A DNA stretch of 64,000 nt from a bacterium (GTDB lineage Bacteria > UBA8248): positions 96,001 through 160,000 of the forward strand of contig CBDBZY010000064.1 of the NCBI GenBank assembly GCA_965213685.1, read 5' to 3'. Numbering within the stretch: the first letter of the stretch is position 1; the number at the start of each line of letters is the position of its first letter. The notes beneath the pieces are model-generated. The model saw nothing but the letters and a program-made list of their open reading frames with translations, was not told where the DNA came from and did not search any database. The position numbers and the translations under genes are program-made. Positions 52,382-64,000 of this stretch are shown piece after piece.

Positions 52382-54008
52382 TAGCCTCGTCCCCAGGCCC
52401 TCTGCTTGAGCAATTGTTACGCGCGACCTTTGACTCCCGTGGCTTAGGATAGCAGGGGCCTGGGCTCCGAAATAGCGTACGTGACGTCACAGGGTAGAAA
52501 GGGGTAGAAAGGACTTAAGGGAGGGCGAGTCATGATTGCGTTCTTCGTCAATTACTCTACCGTCGCTTTCCCACTACATTTACCAATGCTAAAACGACAG
52601 CAATTCTTTGGCGCGGTTGCAAATTCGCTGGGAAAAAATTCATATTTCCCGCTACCGTTGGACGTGCGGCGCTGTGTGGCGCCAACCGGTGAAGAGGTGG
52701 ATGCTCGCCAAAGGGGAGTGAACTAGTTTATGCGCAATGGGTTGCTCGAGGCTTGGCGTGCTACTTTACGGCAGAATTTGCTACCGTTTTTCTAAATTCT
52801 GCAGCACGAAGAAAACGATTATATGTCTAGAAAGAAAGATTTAGCACGGATTTTTAAAGCAAACTTAGATAGCCAACATGCTTAGTAATCATCCACTGAA
52901 GTTTCGTCTCTGCAGCATTAGCCGTTATTGGCAAATTTTTTTTCTATAATTAGCGATATGCACATTGCGTAAATTTTATAATTCTATGAACCGACATATC
53001 ACGCAAAACTACGTTATTTCGCTAACAGGCATCATTAGGAGAATACAATAAAACATAAATCAGGCAAAATCATGTCTTAGGGTCGTCCTGCCTTAAAAAA
53101 TTTGCCAATAACGGCTAATGCTGCAGAGACGAAACTTCGGTGGATGATTACTAAGCATGTTGGCTATCTAAGTTTGCTTTAAAAATCCGTGCTAAACCTT
53201 TCTTTCTAGACATATAATCGTTTTCTTCGTGCTGCAGAATTTAGAAAAACGGTAGCAAATTCTGCCGTAAAGTAGCAAGCCAAGCCTCGAGCAACCCATT
53301 GCGCATAAACTAGTTCATTCCCCTTTGGCGAGCATCCACCCCTTCACCGGTAGGCGCCACACAGCGCTGCACGTCCAACGGTAGCGGGAAATAGGAATTT
53401 TTTCCCAGCGAATTTGCAACCGCGCCAAAGAACTGCTGTCGTTTTAGCGTTGGTAAATATAGGGGGAAAGCGACGGTAGAGTAATTGACGAAGAACGCAA
53501 TCATGACTCGCCCTCCCTTAATTGGCGTGCACCTGCAGTAACGTTGCCCACTCATTACGCCCTCTAAATTACCCTTCACGTAGGCCTGTTTAGCTCGCGT
53601 ACGCTGGAAGAGCCCGATCGATCGCCCAGCACAGAGCCGCTCTTTTCTTTGCTGGGATTCTCCGTTGTCAGTGGTTACCCGACGTCGAGTTTCAGGTACA
53701 ATGCATGCAAACGTGCGCATAGTTCTACCTCGCTCTGCGATGGACTCTAAGTACCACACAGCATTCTAGCCCATCCTATACATCCCAATAGCTCATCTAC
53801 GAGTCTTGTTGTATATAAAGAACCACTCTGTGTTCGAGTTTAGAAAGCAAAATCGGCACCTCACGTGAATGTGGTTTTTCCCACCCACGTTAATTAAACT
53901 TCTCGCGATTACGCTATTTCGGAGCCCAGGCTCTCCCCCTTCCTAGTTTTACGAATTCAAAGGTCACGCATCAACATCGCGTGGGCAGAGAGCCTGGGGA
54001 CGAGGCTA
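52382..54008. mobile_element. TAG-ended TIR element (Academ-like) with nested insertions
   Basis: TIR tagcctcgtccccaggc / gcctggggacgaggcta; inner inverted repeat gcctgggctccgaaatagcgta / tacgctatttcggagcccaggc; contains 52519-53517. Confidence 0.7.
52519..53517. mobile_element. Full TTAA element (52519-53092) plus an inverted partial copy (53097-53517), forming a ~1-kb palindrome
   Basis: Direct comparison; the composite is bounded by ttaa|gggagggcgag and ctcgccctccc|ttaa. Confidence 0.9.
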
Positions 54009-54856
54009 GCTAGGTGCAGAGTAAAAGCCCCACCCGAAATTACAGGATCTCACCCTTACGTCACGGCATTACGGCGTAAGCTCTCTGGAAGCTAAGGTGT
54101 TCACGAAACGCACTCGCACATATGTTTTATCAGTCTGAGAAGCTGGTCGCTTTTTATTGTCTGCAAGCTGCCAATCAACGCCGAAGCGCCACCATGCCTA
54201 GCTTCAATGGTGCAAGAGTTGGGTTAACCTGCTGTATAGCCTTGCTATTTACACTACAAAACTTTGCTGCAGTACCCCTCAACTTCAACCGGGTAGTTTG
54301 CACATGCAGTATCAAGATGTAGCTAGCAGACACACTGACATTTACCTTTGCCAGCTGGTTATGGTGGCACTTACCAGGGGCGGATCCAGAGTTAGAGTGG
54401 GGGGGCACAATTGTACTGGGTATCTTACTGTATTTGAACGAACCTGATTGTGGAACCAATTCACGAGTTCAAGTAAACGCAACGCACAATGTCATATACG
54501 TATGTATACGTGTGTACACTGTAGATGTGAAATATGTTGTTGTTGTTTATTTATGTAAACATTTTCGTCTTACCGTGCTTTCTGTTTTCATGGATTTTGA
54601 AAATGGGGGCTGCTACTTTCACATCATCCCATGTCCCCTCATGTGATAAGCTAGTAGGCGTGGTCGAGTAGCGCACAAGCACTCACGCTCAACGCCGCGC
54701 TCCGAGCTCCGGCTGGCGCGCGCCTTCTCGCACGCGGAGAGGGCCCGGTGTCCTGCCTATACGCGAGTTGTTCCCTTTGCAGGAATAGCTGCAAACCAAT
54801 CAGCTAGTGTTCTAGGTACTAGTACCAATCACCTAGTGTTCTAGGTACTAGTACCT

Positions 54857-55051
54857 AAAGCAACGCAAGAATATGCCATTACCCAGTTTCTACTTGGCAG
54901 AGATGTGTTTGTGGCCCTACCTACGAGCTACGGGAAGAGTCTTTGCTATTTCACTCTGCCGTTGATATTTGACCGTTTGAGGACAGTCACCAACCAATCA
55001 TTTGTGTTGGATGTCAGTCCCCTAGTAGCACTAATGAAGGACTAGGTGGCT
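54857..55051 (+). pseudogene. RecQ-like SF2 helicase N-terminal fragment
   Basis: Translation QEYAITQFLLGRDVFVALPTSYGKSLCY...VSPLVALMKD*V gives RecQ motifs 0/I/Ia. Confidence 0.8.
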
Positions 55052-55354
55052 CACTAGTTTAGCTGACACAGAACTTCCTTCCACATGTCCCTCACCTGCT
55101 CTTCATACTTCCACATCTCCTTCACCTGCTCTATTGTATGCTCGGTTCAATACTATAAAATTTGCATTGATAAAAACAAGTAATATTACTCTAAATAAAA
55201 AAATACGCATTGATATAAACAAGAAGGAAAACAAAATAAGGACTGTGATACCTATATTACAGAAAGTAAAATACGATGGTAATGCAACATGGATGAATTA
55301 AGTGACTCTGCTACTACAAGTAGATTCGCTTGCGTTTCTGCATCACCCACAGTA

Positions 55355-55900
55355 GACCGAGTGCCCCAGATACACTGTATGGAAGATCTCAGGAGAGCAA
55401 GAAATAGCTTGCTTTTCATCCATCCCAAGGTGCTGCCGTAGCACTGGTCCTATTTCTCAGCTAACACTGATGCAAGCTTCTTGTAGCTGACTCTTGCAGC
55501 ATTGCCCACTTTTCCAGACTGGGACACCACAAGGGGTGTGAATGAGCCTTGCTTTACTTTCCAAACATGTTTGTTCCTTTTCCATGCTGAGCTATGAGCT
55601 GGAGGGCAGCATTTGTTTTTCCTTGGAACCCGGGGGCGTCAGTCTCCAAGTAGGTGGCCAAGGCCTCATCTATCATCTTCAACAATGTACCCAAGTCATG
55701 GTCCCCCCAAACTAAGGACTCTGAGGGTTGGGTAATGGGTAGGCCTGCGGAGGTGGAAGGTCAGAGAGTAGAGACGACTGTGCCAGTGTGGTTGCATAAC
55801 ATGGTGGGCAGTAATTGGGGCTGGGCTAGTGGAGTATCCTTTATTCCTGGAGTCGATGATCCCGACAACTGCGTCAGTGTTTGTGGCTGATGTCAGCTTG
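55355..55900 (-). mobile_element. CRE-like non-LTR retrotransposon remnant (restriction-like endonuclease C-terminus)
   Basis: Translation KVKQGSFTPLVVSQSGKVGNAARVSYKKLASVLAEK*DQCYGSTLGWMKSKLFLALLRSSIQCIWG. Confidence 0.7.
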
Positions 55901-56437
55901 TCTGAACGGAGGAAGGGAGTGAGACATCAGCTATGCTGGCTGTGGTGGCCGGTGACTGCGAAGCTGATGATAGCTGCGTGTTTATACACTTTCTACACTT
56001 TCCACACACAGTCATCCTGAACGTACCGACGTCCTACTTGGGAGCCACGCCTACTTGCAAGGCTAAGAACACGCCCCCGCCCACGACATCGCGTATTGTG
56101 GTCAGCTTGTTACGTTCCTCGGGAACAACTCCATACACCAGGCCTTTCCGCGTGCGAGGCTAGCGCATGGCCAGCCCGCAACTGACGCCATTACGTCACT
56201 GGCTATGCACGTGATAGGGGGCATCGGATTGCGTGAAAGTAGCAGACCCCTTTTGAAAATTACATGTACGGGCACGCGTGAGCATACGCAGCGACTGGCA
56301 TTGCACAATGCGTGAACGAGGTGAAGGCTGCTGGCGCTCAGCGGTACGCAGGGGATTGCGTAAAGGGGGGGGGCACGTGCCCCCTATGCCCCCTATGCTC
56401 CCCCCCCCTTGGATCCGCCACTGCTTACTAGTTACTT

Positions 56438-56860
56438 AGGCGTTAGATGGTCTCGCAAACCGTTTGCCGAGAGGGTCTAACCCGCGAAACTAGGCGTTGG
56501 ATGGCAGCTTTATGGCAATCAAGAGACAATAAGAAGCGAGAAACTTGAAATGTATGCATGTGTATGTGTGTGCTTTGGAGAAATCGAAAGTTTTTCTTCA
56601 ACATATATAACCTGAAAGCATATGCAACAGTGACTAGACAAAGCAGCAGATGTAGGTAGCAGATGCTTATTCTCTTGTTATATACTGGTGTCTTGCATAC
56701 GCAGAGACATGATAAGTTTTTTCAGGCGTTAGATGGTCTCGCAAACCGCTTGCCGAGAGGGGCTAACTCGCGAAACTAGGCGTTGGATGGCAGCTTTTTG
56801 GCAATCAAGAGACAGTAAGAAGCGAGAAGCTTGAAATGTGTGCATGTGTGTGTGTGCTTT
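56438..56860. repeat. ~135-bp direct repeat (56438-56576 / 56724-56860)
   Basis: aggcgttagatggtctcgcaaaccg...tgtgtgtgcttt occurs twice. Confidence 0.9.
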
Positions 56861-57699
56861 GTGGCTGTGACCACTCACAGACTACCCATGGACCACTATA
56901 GGCTAGCTAGCAAGCTAACACCGTGAACTCTTCTACCTTTGTAGCTAGGCATGATGGCGCGTTGGCGTTGGATGGCAGCTTGCAGACACTAAAAAACGAC
57001 TAGCTTTTTAGAATGAAGAAACTTGTTCGTTTGTGCACGAGTACGTGTACATGCTACCATAGATGCTACAGATGGCTGATCATAGACAGTAATTCCATGA
57101 TGTAAGAGGGAGATCCTGTAATTTCAGGTGCGGTTTTTACTCTGCACCTAGAACGTCGCGAGGCCCGCCCTCACGTGCGTAAGGTAGGGCGGGGCAACTC
57201 CGTACGGTGGGTAACTCCGTACACTTCGTATTCTGAGCTGTGTATCTCTGGAACGAAGTCGCTAATAGCCTTCCAACTTGGTGAAAGGGATGTTCTAGGA
57301 GTTTCCTTTCTCTTAACAGAAAACGAGATGGATTGCTGTATTTGCTAGGGATTTAGGCGGCGTTGACTTTATGCTGTTCACGCAAATCGCGTATCAGGCA
57401 GGTATCGTCGCTATCTTCCTGGCGCTACCTGTTTACATTGCTGAAGCTCTGTCGTGCGTTCTGCCGTAAATCGTCAATTACCCAGGAGGTTGATGGCCTG
57501 AAAGCATTTTTCCTAGTATGGTACAGTCTCGTCACCCTGAAATAACGTCAAACGCTTCTCAATGGGCATAATGTACACGGCTTGGGCGATCACGTGACCG
57601 CTTCCAACCTCCTCTGGTTACTACAAGTACACCAGGCCTGACTCAGCAACACGAATGCCCTATGACATGTTAGTGAGACACATGATAACCCCTCAATCG

Positions 57700-58212
57700 A
57701 CAAAGTGGTTAATAAAGTCTGGGGCAACCAAACCCAGCCCAGCCTGGTTATGTATGAGGGAGGAAAAACTCACTGCCGTATCATCTGAGTGATGGAAAGA
57801 AAGTGGAAGAAAAAGTGGACTCCTGCAGGACCTGAACCCACGAATCTCAGCTTTATATGTTGACGTTCTACCGACTGAGTCAGAGCTAAAGAGCCCAGCC
57901 AGCAGGCAGGCTGTTTGTTTGTCATGTTTGTTTTCCCCCCTCATATACCAACCAGGGGTTATCATGTGTCTATACTTAAAAAAAAAAAAACAGACCCTTA
58001 ATGGGTCTCCTGCTTCAGCCACTGCCCCTCAGACTAACAAGGCTAGGCTAGGTTGGTTGCCCTAGACTTTAACAACCATCTTGTCTGTTGGGGCAGCAGG
58101 GAGCTTCATTGCAGACCGGCAGAGGCTGTTGTGAGGATATGGTATTGACTAGAAAGCTGAGAGTCGTGGGTTCGAGTCCCGCAAGAGTCCACTTTTTCTT
58201 CCACTTTCTTTC
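57700..58212. repeat. Two oppositely oriented tRNA-derived (SINE-like) units
   Basis: B-box-like gtgggttcgagtccc (~58165-58180) and a minus-strand copy gtgggttcaggtcct with A-box-like tgactcagtcggtagaac; both are followed by gagtccactttttcttccacttt. Confidence 0.6.
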
Positions 58213-58729
58213 TCTTAGGGAGAGTCTAACTGATGAGACTAGTGTGGGCTACGGCAAAAGCCTTTGATACCAAGCGCTGCCGTTCATGATGGACTCACTC
58301 TCGGAACGCCTGGGTATGAGGCTTGTCGCTACTAAGCCTCGGCATAACCAACTCTAGTGCTTCTGCTCTACGCCGTCGCTATATACATCCGCATGTACGT
58401 GTAGTAAATGTAAACGTCATCAATGGAACGCAAGACGTCATTGACAAATTATTATATTACGTAATTTAAACAGTGTGCACCTGGCGTTCCTCTAGGCAGC
58501 AGAGTACAAAACCACGTTATAATGTACTGTGCAATACTAAATATTATGGGGTGTGATCTGTGTCAAAATTGGTAATGGAAGCTTACTACGCGTGTCTTGC
58601 TAGGAATCTTGCTAGGAATGTCACTATATACCATTGTGGCCAGCAACCACTTAACACCCCCTGGGGGTGTCCGGAACAAGTCCTGACCAGACTCTCGCTT
58701 GCGGAGAGAGTCTGGCTACGCGAGACTAC

Positions 58730-58955
58730 TCTCGGTTGGGGCCCAGTCGCGCCCTCTGGTTGCCAACACCTATTGCTTTCGCTGCTGCAAGGAAACCGGT
58801 AGAATCTTGTGTGCTTGGTGCCTCCGTACGTTCTGCAACGTACTGGCATTTAGTACGCAACATGGACGAAGGTACAATGCAATATACAGGGGCAAGAATG
58901 TGGCATACTGTAATACCATAGATATTATTGCTAACGGAACAATAATATCTATGGT
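58730..58955 (-). mobile_element. THAP-domain remnant next to a terminal palindrome
   Basis: RFYRFPCSSESNRCWQ resembles the THAP N-terminus; the palindrome catagatattattgctaacg..aataatatctatg occurs at 58917-58952 and 59397-59430. Confidence 0.45.
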
Positions 58956-60574
58956 AATACCATAGAACGCAGCATACGCTTTACCCACCAAGCGCTTTCT
59001 TACACCTTTGCACCTCGCTAAGCGTCCTCAGTTCTGCAACACCACCCCGCGCGGCTCCTGGAAAGTACATGCGAGTTCTAGCTGATATTGAAGGACGACA
59101 CCCCAACACTCTGTGTCACAACCCGCGTAGAGTGAAGGAGGGCTGGATTCAAAACGTGCGTGACTAGTCCACTGCGGAACACACCAGGCACAATGTCAGT
59201 CAGTGGGCGGGAACGGTTCTTGTTCCGGTTGAAGAAACGAAACTCAATAACCGTAGTACCATTAATCATGATAATACACATGTAGGTACATGGCATTGGT
59301 GGCTAGTGCATTGGCCTTTTTTTTTTTTCGTTAACCACTTCACTTCTTGAGATATTGATGATTATCTAGAATCTCCATGTACTTTGTGTATTGAAGCATA
59401 GATATTATTGCTAACGCAATAATATCTATGATTGAAGATACATTATAAATTCATATGAGGGTAACTACGCGCGCTTTAATGAGCGCTTAAATCACCAATT
59501 TTTGCGCTTACGTCTGGGATACGGTACATAGATACTTGAAATCCACTTACACGCATATGTCGCGTGGTCACTGACCGGCTGCGCGCGCCGCATGCTCACG
59601 TGCACGTGCGCCGCGCCGCTCGGACCGGCCTCTAGCGCGAGCCGTGCGTGTACCCAGTACTTCTTAGACGATGGACGGCATTAGCTAAACGGGACTAGCG
59701 CGGCGAGTGTAGCCATATTCTCTAGGCGTGTGATAGCGCGATGTGGCCCACCGGTTGGCGTACCTTACAACGCTTCAGCCTCGTTCCGTGGTAAAACTGT
59801 TTGGGGGTGTGGACTACTGCACGCAGTGTACGGTACTCGTTCGAACTGGAGACCATTGAAAAACGACTAGAGCAGAGACTAGTGCGGTACCGTCCCATAC
59901 TGTACGTACATGCATATATCCTAGGCTACATTCTTAGGCCGTTTGGAGGCCGTGTGGGGCCGCCATAGGCTGGGCCTTAGCAACGCATAGACCCAGGAGT
60001 TATTTTTATGCCTTGGTTACGCAGCTGCCAATTTCTGACCTGCGTTTGACTGTGATATGTGTTGAAGTTACTATCAGGTCTGTGTTTGTTGGGCTCGGAA
60101 GCTAAGAAGGCGTGCTCAACACAGGCTGATACGAACCAGAGACGTCTATATCACTGCACTGCTACATTATACATGTACTCTACATCACGTGCATATCACA
60201 GTGCACTGTACTAACACAAGTAGTCTTCCTGCATATATCATAGCACCTGTTAAAACTCTACACTACTGACTGCACATTAGTTGCTGCTCTTAGTATATAG
60301 ACACCATTTACTTCATCAAGTTAACACTCATAACTAAGTTAATTGTACTGTGTCACACTTAGGTTCATTGCTGTTATTTATGAAACCTGTGTATTGGTTG
60401 ATTATCTATTGCTGTCATTCATGAATATACCATACTTATTGCCACAGTTTATGAGCATTCACCTATTGCAATTCATGCACAATTGAAAGAAGTTCTATAA
60501 TCAGTGAAGTAATGTTGTATGTTATATTTGGTTAGTGACAACATCTTTGCTGAAAGCAGCAAAAAATGTGGGGA

Positions 60575-61330
60575 GACTAGTAAATTAAAAAATTAAATTT
60601 TAGAAAGGGATATAGGGATTGCATAAAAAGGTACAGAGACAAGGCTTGGATGCAGAGTATACGCTATGTTGCAACCAGTTGTCATGGGAGCGATGATGAA
60701 ATGTGGAGTACCTCATGCCTGATTATACAACACAAGCCCTATATTGTTGAGCAGCTACAACCACTTCCCTTCATAAGCTATTATCACTACACAAAAGTAT
60801 GCAAGTATGCATGTCTTCATTTTCAGTGCTTGGGCATAGTTTAGTGATATACATGTGGCATATTTCAACCAACATAATGTTATTTCACAGTGTAAGTGTA
60901 ATGGCAAGTACAGTATGTACCGTTGCACAGAGAGTGGTCAAGTGTGCTGGGATGCTCTTCAGAGTATGTGTAAGAGTGCCAAGCTATGAGACAGATGACA
61001 GGGATAGGGAGTATACAGTTTGATATCAGACTTAAATTCTGTCCGATGGTTTCTACATGTGACATCATGCAATGGTACAAGTACCACGTTGGTCTGGAAT
61101 GGTCCCTCCATGGTTATTGATGGTCCTTCATTGATTGATTCCTGTGTTTCCATGAAACTCAGCTCAACAATATAGGGCTTGTGTTGTATAATCAGGCATG
61201 AGGTACTCCACATTTCATCATCGTTCCCATGACAACTGGTTACAATATAGCGTGTACCCTGCATCCAAGCCTTGTCTCTGTACCTTTTTATGCAATCCCT
61301 ATATCCCTTTCTAAAATTAATTTACTAGTA
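60575..61330. repeat. Inverted duplication, ~165-bp arms (60575-60752 / 61162-61329)
   Basis: Arms are near-identical reverse complements and yield the same spurious peptide on both strands. Confidence 0.88.
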
Positions 61331-62485
61331 TACATAGGGATTGCCCAGGTCACTCAGCATCAACCCTGTACATTTGAAAATTTGAGTTTTCATTTTCACT
61401 ATGCACTTCACATTTCACATTGAGGAGATTAGTGTTAAGAATAGGAACTGTAGTCAGAAACAGGTGAAAATATGATTATGGTACGAGATATTGGCAGTAT
61501 AATTATTGTAATTCTTCTCTTTCTTATTCAGGTTGAAGAAACGAAACCCAACAACCATAATACCAATGATCAGGAAAGTGTACATGTTGGTACCTGCCTC
61601 TTGAGATGTTGATGATTATCACTGTCTTCCCGTACTGTAACATTATAAAGCTATAGAATATAAGGTTTTGTAACAGGAAAAGTACTGCTCCATTAACAAT
61701 GAATTTGAGACATATACTAGAAACATATAGCAGTACACATTAAGGAAATGCACTTTCATCGTTAACCCTTTCCCTCTTGTAATATCTTTTTTTCCCAGTG
61801 TTTCTGTGCATTAGCTACAGTGCTGAAAATGAATGTGCTGTAAATGACATGATGTCTCCACATTGAAATATTACCATTGAAAGAGGGCTCATGATAGAAT
61901 GGGCCTGTATCAAGGGAAAAGTAACGCCTAGTAGAAAAATTGCGTGCACATGTGCGTAATTATTTCAATGAATATTCATCAAAATAACGCACGTGATGAC
62001 CCTTTACGTCACTACCTAGGCTCCATTTGGAGCCCACCACCACTTCAAGCACAGAACGCACATACATATGTGGCCGGATCATCGTCTGTAGCACATAGTT
62101 CTCCCTCTCTACTCCCTGAGAAAACGATTGTCAAGCTAACAATTATTTATTGGCTCCCTAAATACTTGGACAGGTACTTCCCGATATAATTTTCAGCTGC
62201 TTAATTTACACCGGACCGTCTCAGTTGAAAGTGTGGGAGATGGATCGTTTTTGCGAAAGCTCAACCCGTTCTTCTAGAAGCGAACTCCAGCAGCCCTCAA
62301 TATTGAAGTTTAGTGTAGCTGGCTATAAGCCTCCTGTACAGAGTCGAGCTCCACACTCGCGGCTGCCGCTGACCATAACCGCTTATAGATATGGTGGCCC
62401 CGAATAACACTGTCGTACTGGTAAGCAGCTTCATCCGCCATTGACAAACTCGCACGTTACTCCAGCTGGCACGTGCAAACGTTAA

Positions 62486-63060
62486 GGGAGGGCGAGTCAT
62501 GATTGCGTTCTTCGTCAATTACTCTACCGTCGCTTTCCCCCTACATTTACCAACGCTAAAACGACAGCAATTCTTTGGCGCGGTTGCAAATTCACTGGGA
62601 AACAATTCATATTTCCCGCTACCGTTGGACGTGCGGCGCTGTGTGGCGCCAACCGGTGAAGAGGTGAATGCTCGCCAAAGGGGAGTGAACTAGTTTATGC
62701 GCAATGGGTTGCTCGAGGCTTGGCTTGCTACTTTACGGCAGAATTTGCTACCGTTTTTTCTAAATTCTGCAGCACGAAGAAAACGATTATATGTCTAGAA
62801 AGAAAGATTTAGCACGGATTATTAAAGCAAACCCAGATAGCCAACATGCTTAGTAATCATCCACCGAAGTTTCGTCTCTGCAGCATTAGCCGTTATTGGC
62901 AAATTTTTTTTCTATAATTAGCGATATGCATATTGCGTAAATTTTATAATTCTATGAACCGACATATCACGCAAAACTACATTATTTCGCTAACAGGCAT
63001 CATTAGGAGAATACAATAAAACATAAATCAGGCAAAATCATGTCTTAGGGTCGTCCTGCC
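62486..63060 (+). mobile_element. 575-bp TTAA element with demonstrated TSD
   Basis: Empty site gcaaacg-ttaa-cataat at 2066-2069 versus the filled site with ttaa on both sides. Confidence 0.92.
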
Positions 63061-63117
63061 TTAACATAATTATACCGGACACGTGACGAACCCAATTTTT
63101 CTATGATCCTAATTTAG

Positions 63118-63459
63118 GCAGATCATACGCGGTAGTGATTACAGTTGATCTGTAAAGAACTACGGTGATTACTTCTGCCAGTTTCGAGAAAAGTCGTTTG
63201 AAAGAAATCTCTTAAGAAGAAGAAGAAGAATCAGAAAGAAAAAGAAATCACCACTTCGCCCGTTTCCTGGCAGTAAGTCTAGGGATGCTTTTTAGCTATC
63301 TGGGGGGTATCATTGGGTAGAGAAACGTCGGAATAGGATAGCTAGGTGTCCAGAAAGGCTTAGAACACGAGCGTTCGCGAGTTAAGACGGCTTTCCAATG
63401 TACGCACACTATGGGCGGACCGGCGCCATCCCTACATAGAGAGTCTACCGACTCTCTGA
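63118..63459 (-). mobile_element. 5' portion of a Helitron family A copy
   Basis: Collinear with 7517-7865 including the (aag)n tract. The junction ctctga|ttagctatg versus empty attata|ttagctatg at ~20748 gives an A|T target. Confidence 0.8.
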
Positions 63460-64000
63460 TTAGCTATGTGTATATACATATATGTATACATGTATGTAGA
63501 CAAACTCTAGCAAACACTGCCGGAACATCATGCTTTCTTGCAGGACTCTTATACAAAGGCTCTACACTTCATTCAGAGCCATATACGTGCTGCAGCTCAC
63601 ATATAAGTGACTGTTTGTATACCAGCCTCTAGAATGGTAGTGCTAGTGTTCTGCTCATGTGACATCTCAAATGCCTGTTGAGTGGAACGGTTCTAGACGC
63701 TGGTATACAAAGTCACTTGTATGTACGCTGTAACACGTATATAGCTCAATGAGCTATAGACATGCATGATGTTCAGTGTTCAGTGTACATCAGGAGTGGT
63801 AAGTGCAACATTGCAAAGAAATCAGTGACAAAACCAGCCTTTGCTAGGTTCCCAGGTCTGCATGGTGAAATTCTAAATTGGTCCAGGTGGGATTCCCTTA
63901 GCATTCCACAGCTTGTAATAAGGGCTCTCTGCTCTGCCATGCCAGTTAATTACATACATGTACATGTGGCAGTGCATTACACAATAAGTCATGTGAATGC

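Larger units (their letters stand above)
54375..56423. mobile_element. CAG-ended TIR element with 5-bp TSD (cttac)
   Basis: caggggcggatcca / tggatccgccactg; cttac at 54370-54374 and 56424-56428. Confidence 0.6.
54011..57150. mobile_element. TAG-ended element with ~200-bp imperfect TIRs (Academ-like)
   Basis: taggtgcagagtaaaa...gaaattacaggatctc at 54011 and its inverse ending at 57150; 54135-54205 is inverse to 56940-57010. Confidence 0.7.

Noticed and set aside
52532-52726. Recurrent ORF MIAFFVNYSTVAFP... (also 53310-53759 and 62499-62693)
   Set aside because: Recurs only because the TTAA element is repeated; no recognisable domain, and the 28.1-kb copy is frameshifted.
57818-58190. Functional tRNA genes
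   Set aside because: Cloverleaf stems could not be completed; treated as tRNA-derived repeats.

Overview
Eukaryotic, AT-rich, repeat-dense animal DNA. The gene families and repeat types suggest a demosponge, but this is inference. Host content is small: four tandem, intronless minus-strand arylsulfatase (S1, CSPTR) copies at successive stages of decay, of which only 48593-50278 is intact, and one Cys-rich multi-TM membrane-protein gene split by a 1,183-bp insertion. The rest is mostly mobile DNA. A 9.3-kb frameshifted Helitron-type element (family A) encodes HUH-Rep + PIF1 helicase + C-terminal OTU protease. Its non-autonomous partners show 5'-TC...CTTG-3' ends, A|T targets, hairpins at both ends and asymmetric subterminal inverted repeats. 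A second rolling-circle family (B) is Helentron/DINE-1-like. Also present are a young TTAA-duplicating 575-bp element that forms fold-backs, a DD34E Tc1/IS630 transposase with a convergent partner ORF, TAG-ended Academ-like elements with 9-bp TSDs, CACTG-ended remnants, and LINE, Penelope-like and CRE-like fragments. Internal segmental duplications provide empty sites that let several insertion boundaries be read directly. All alignments were done by eye.
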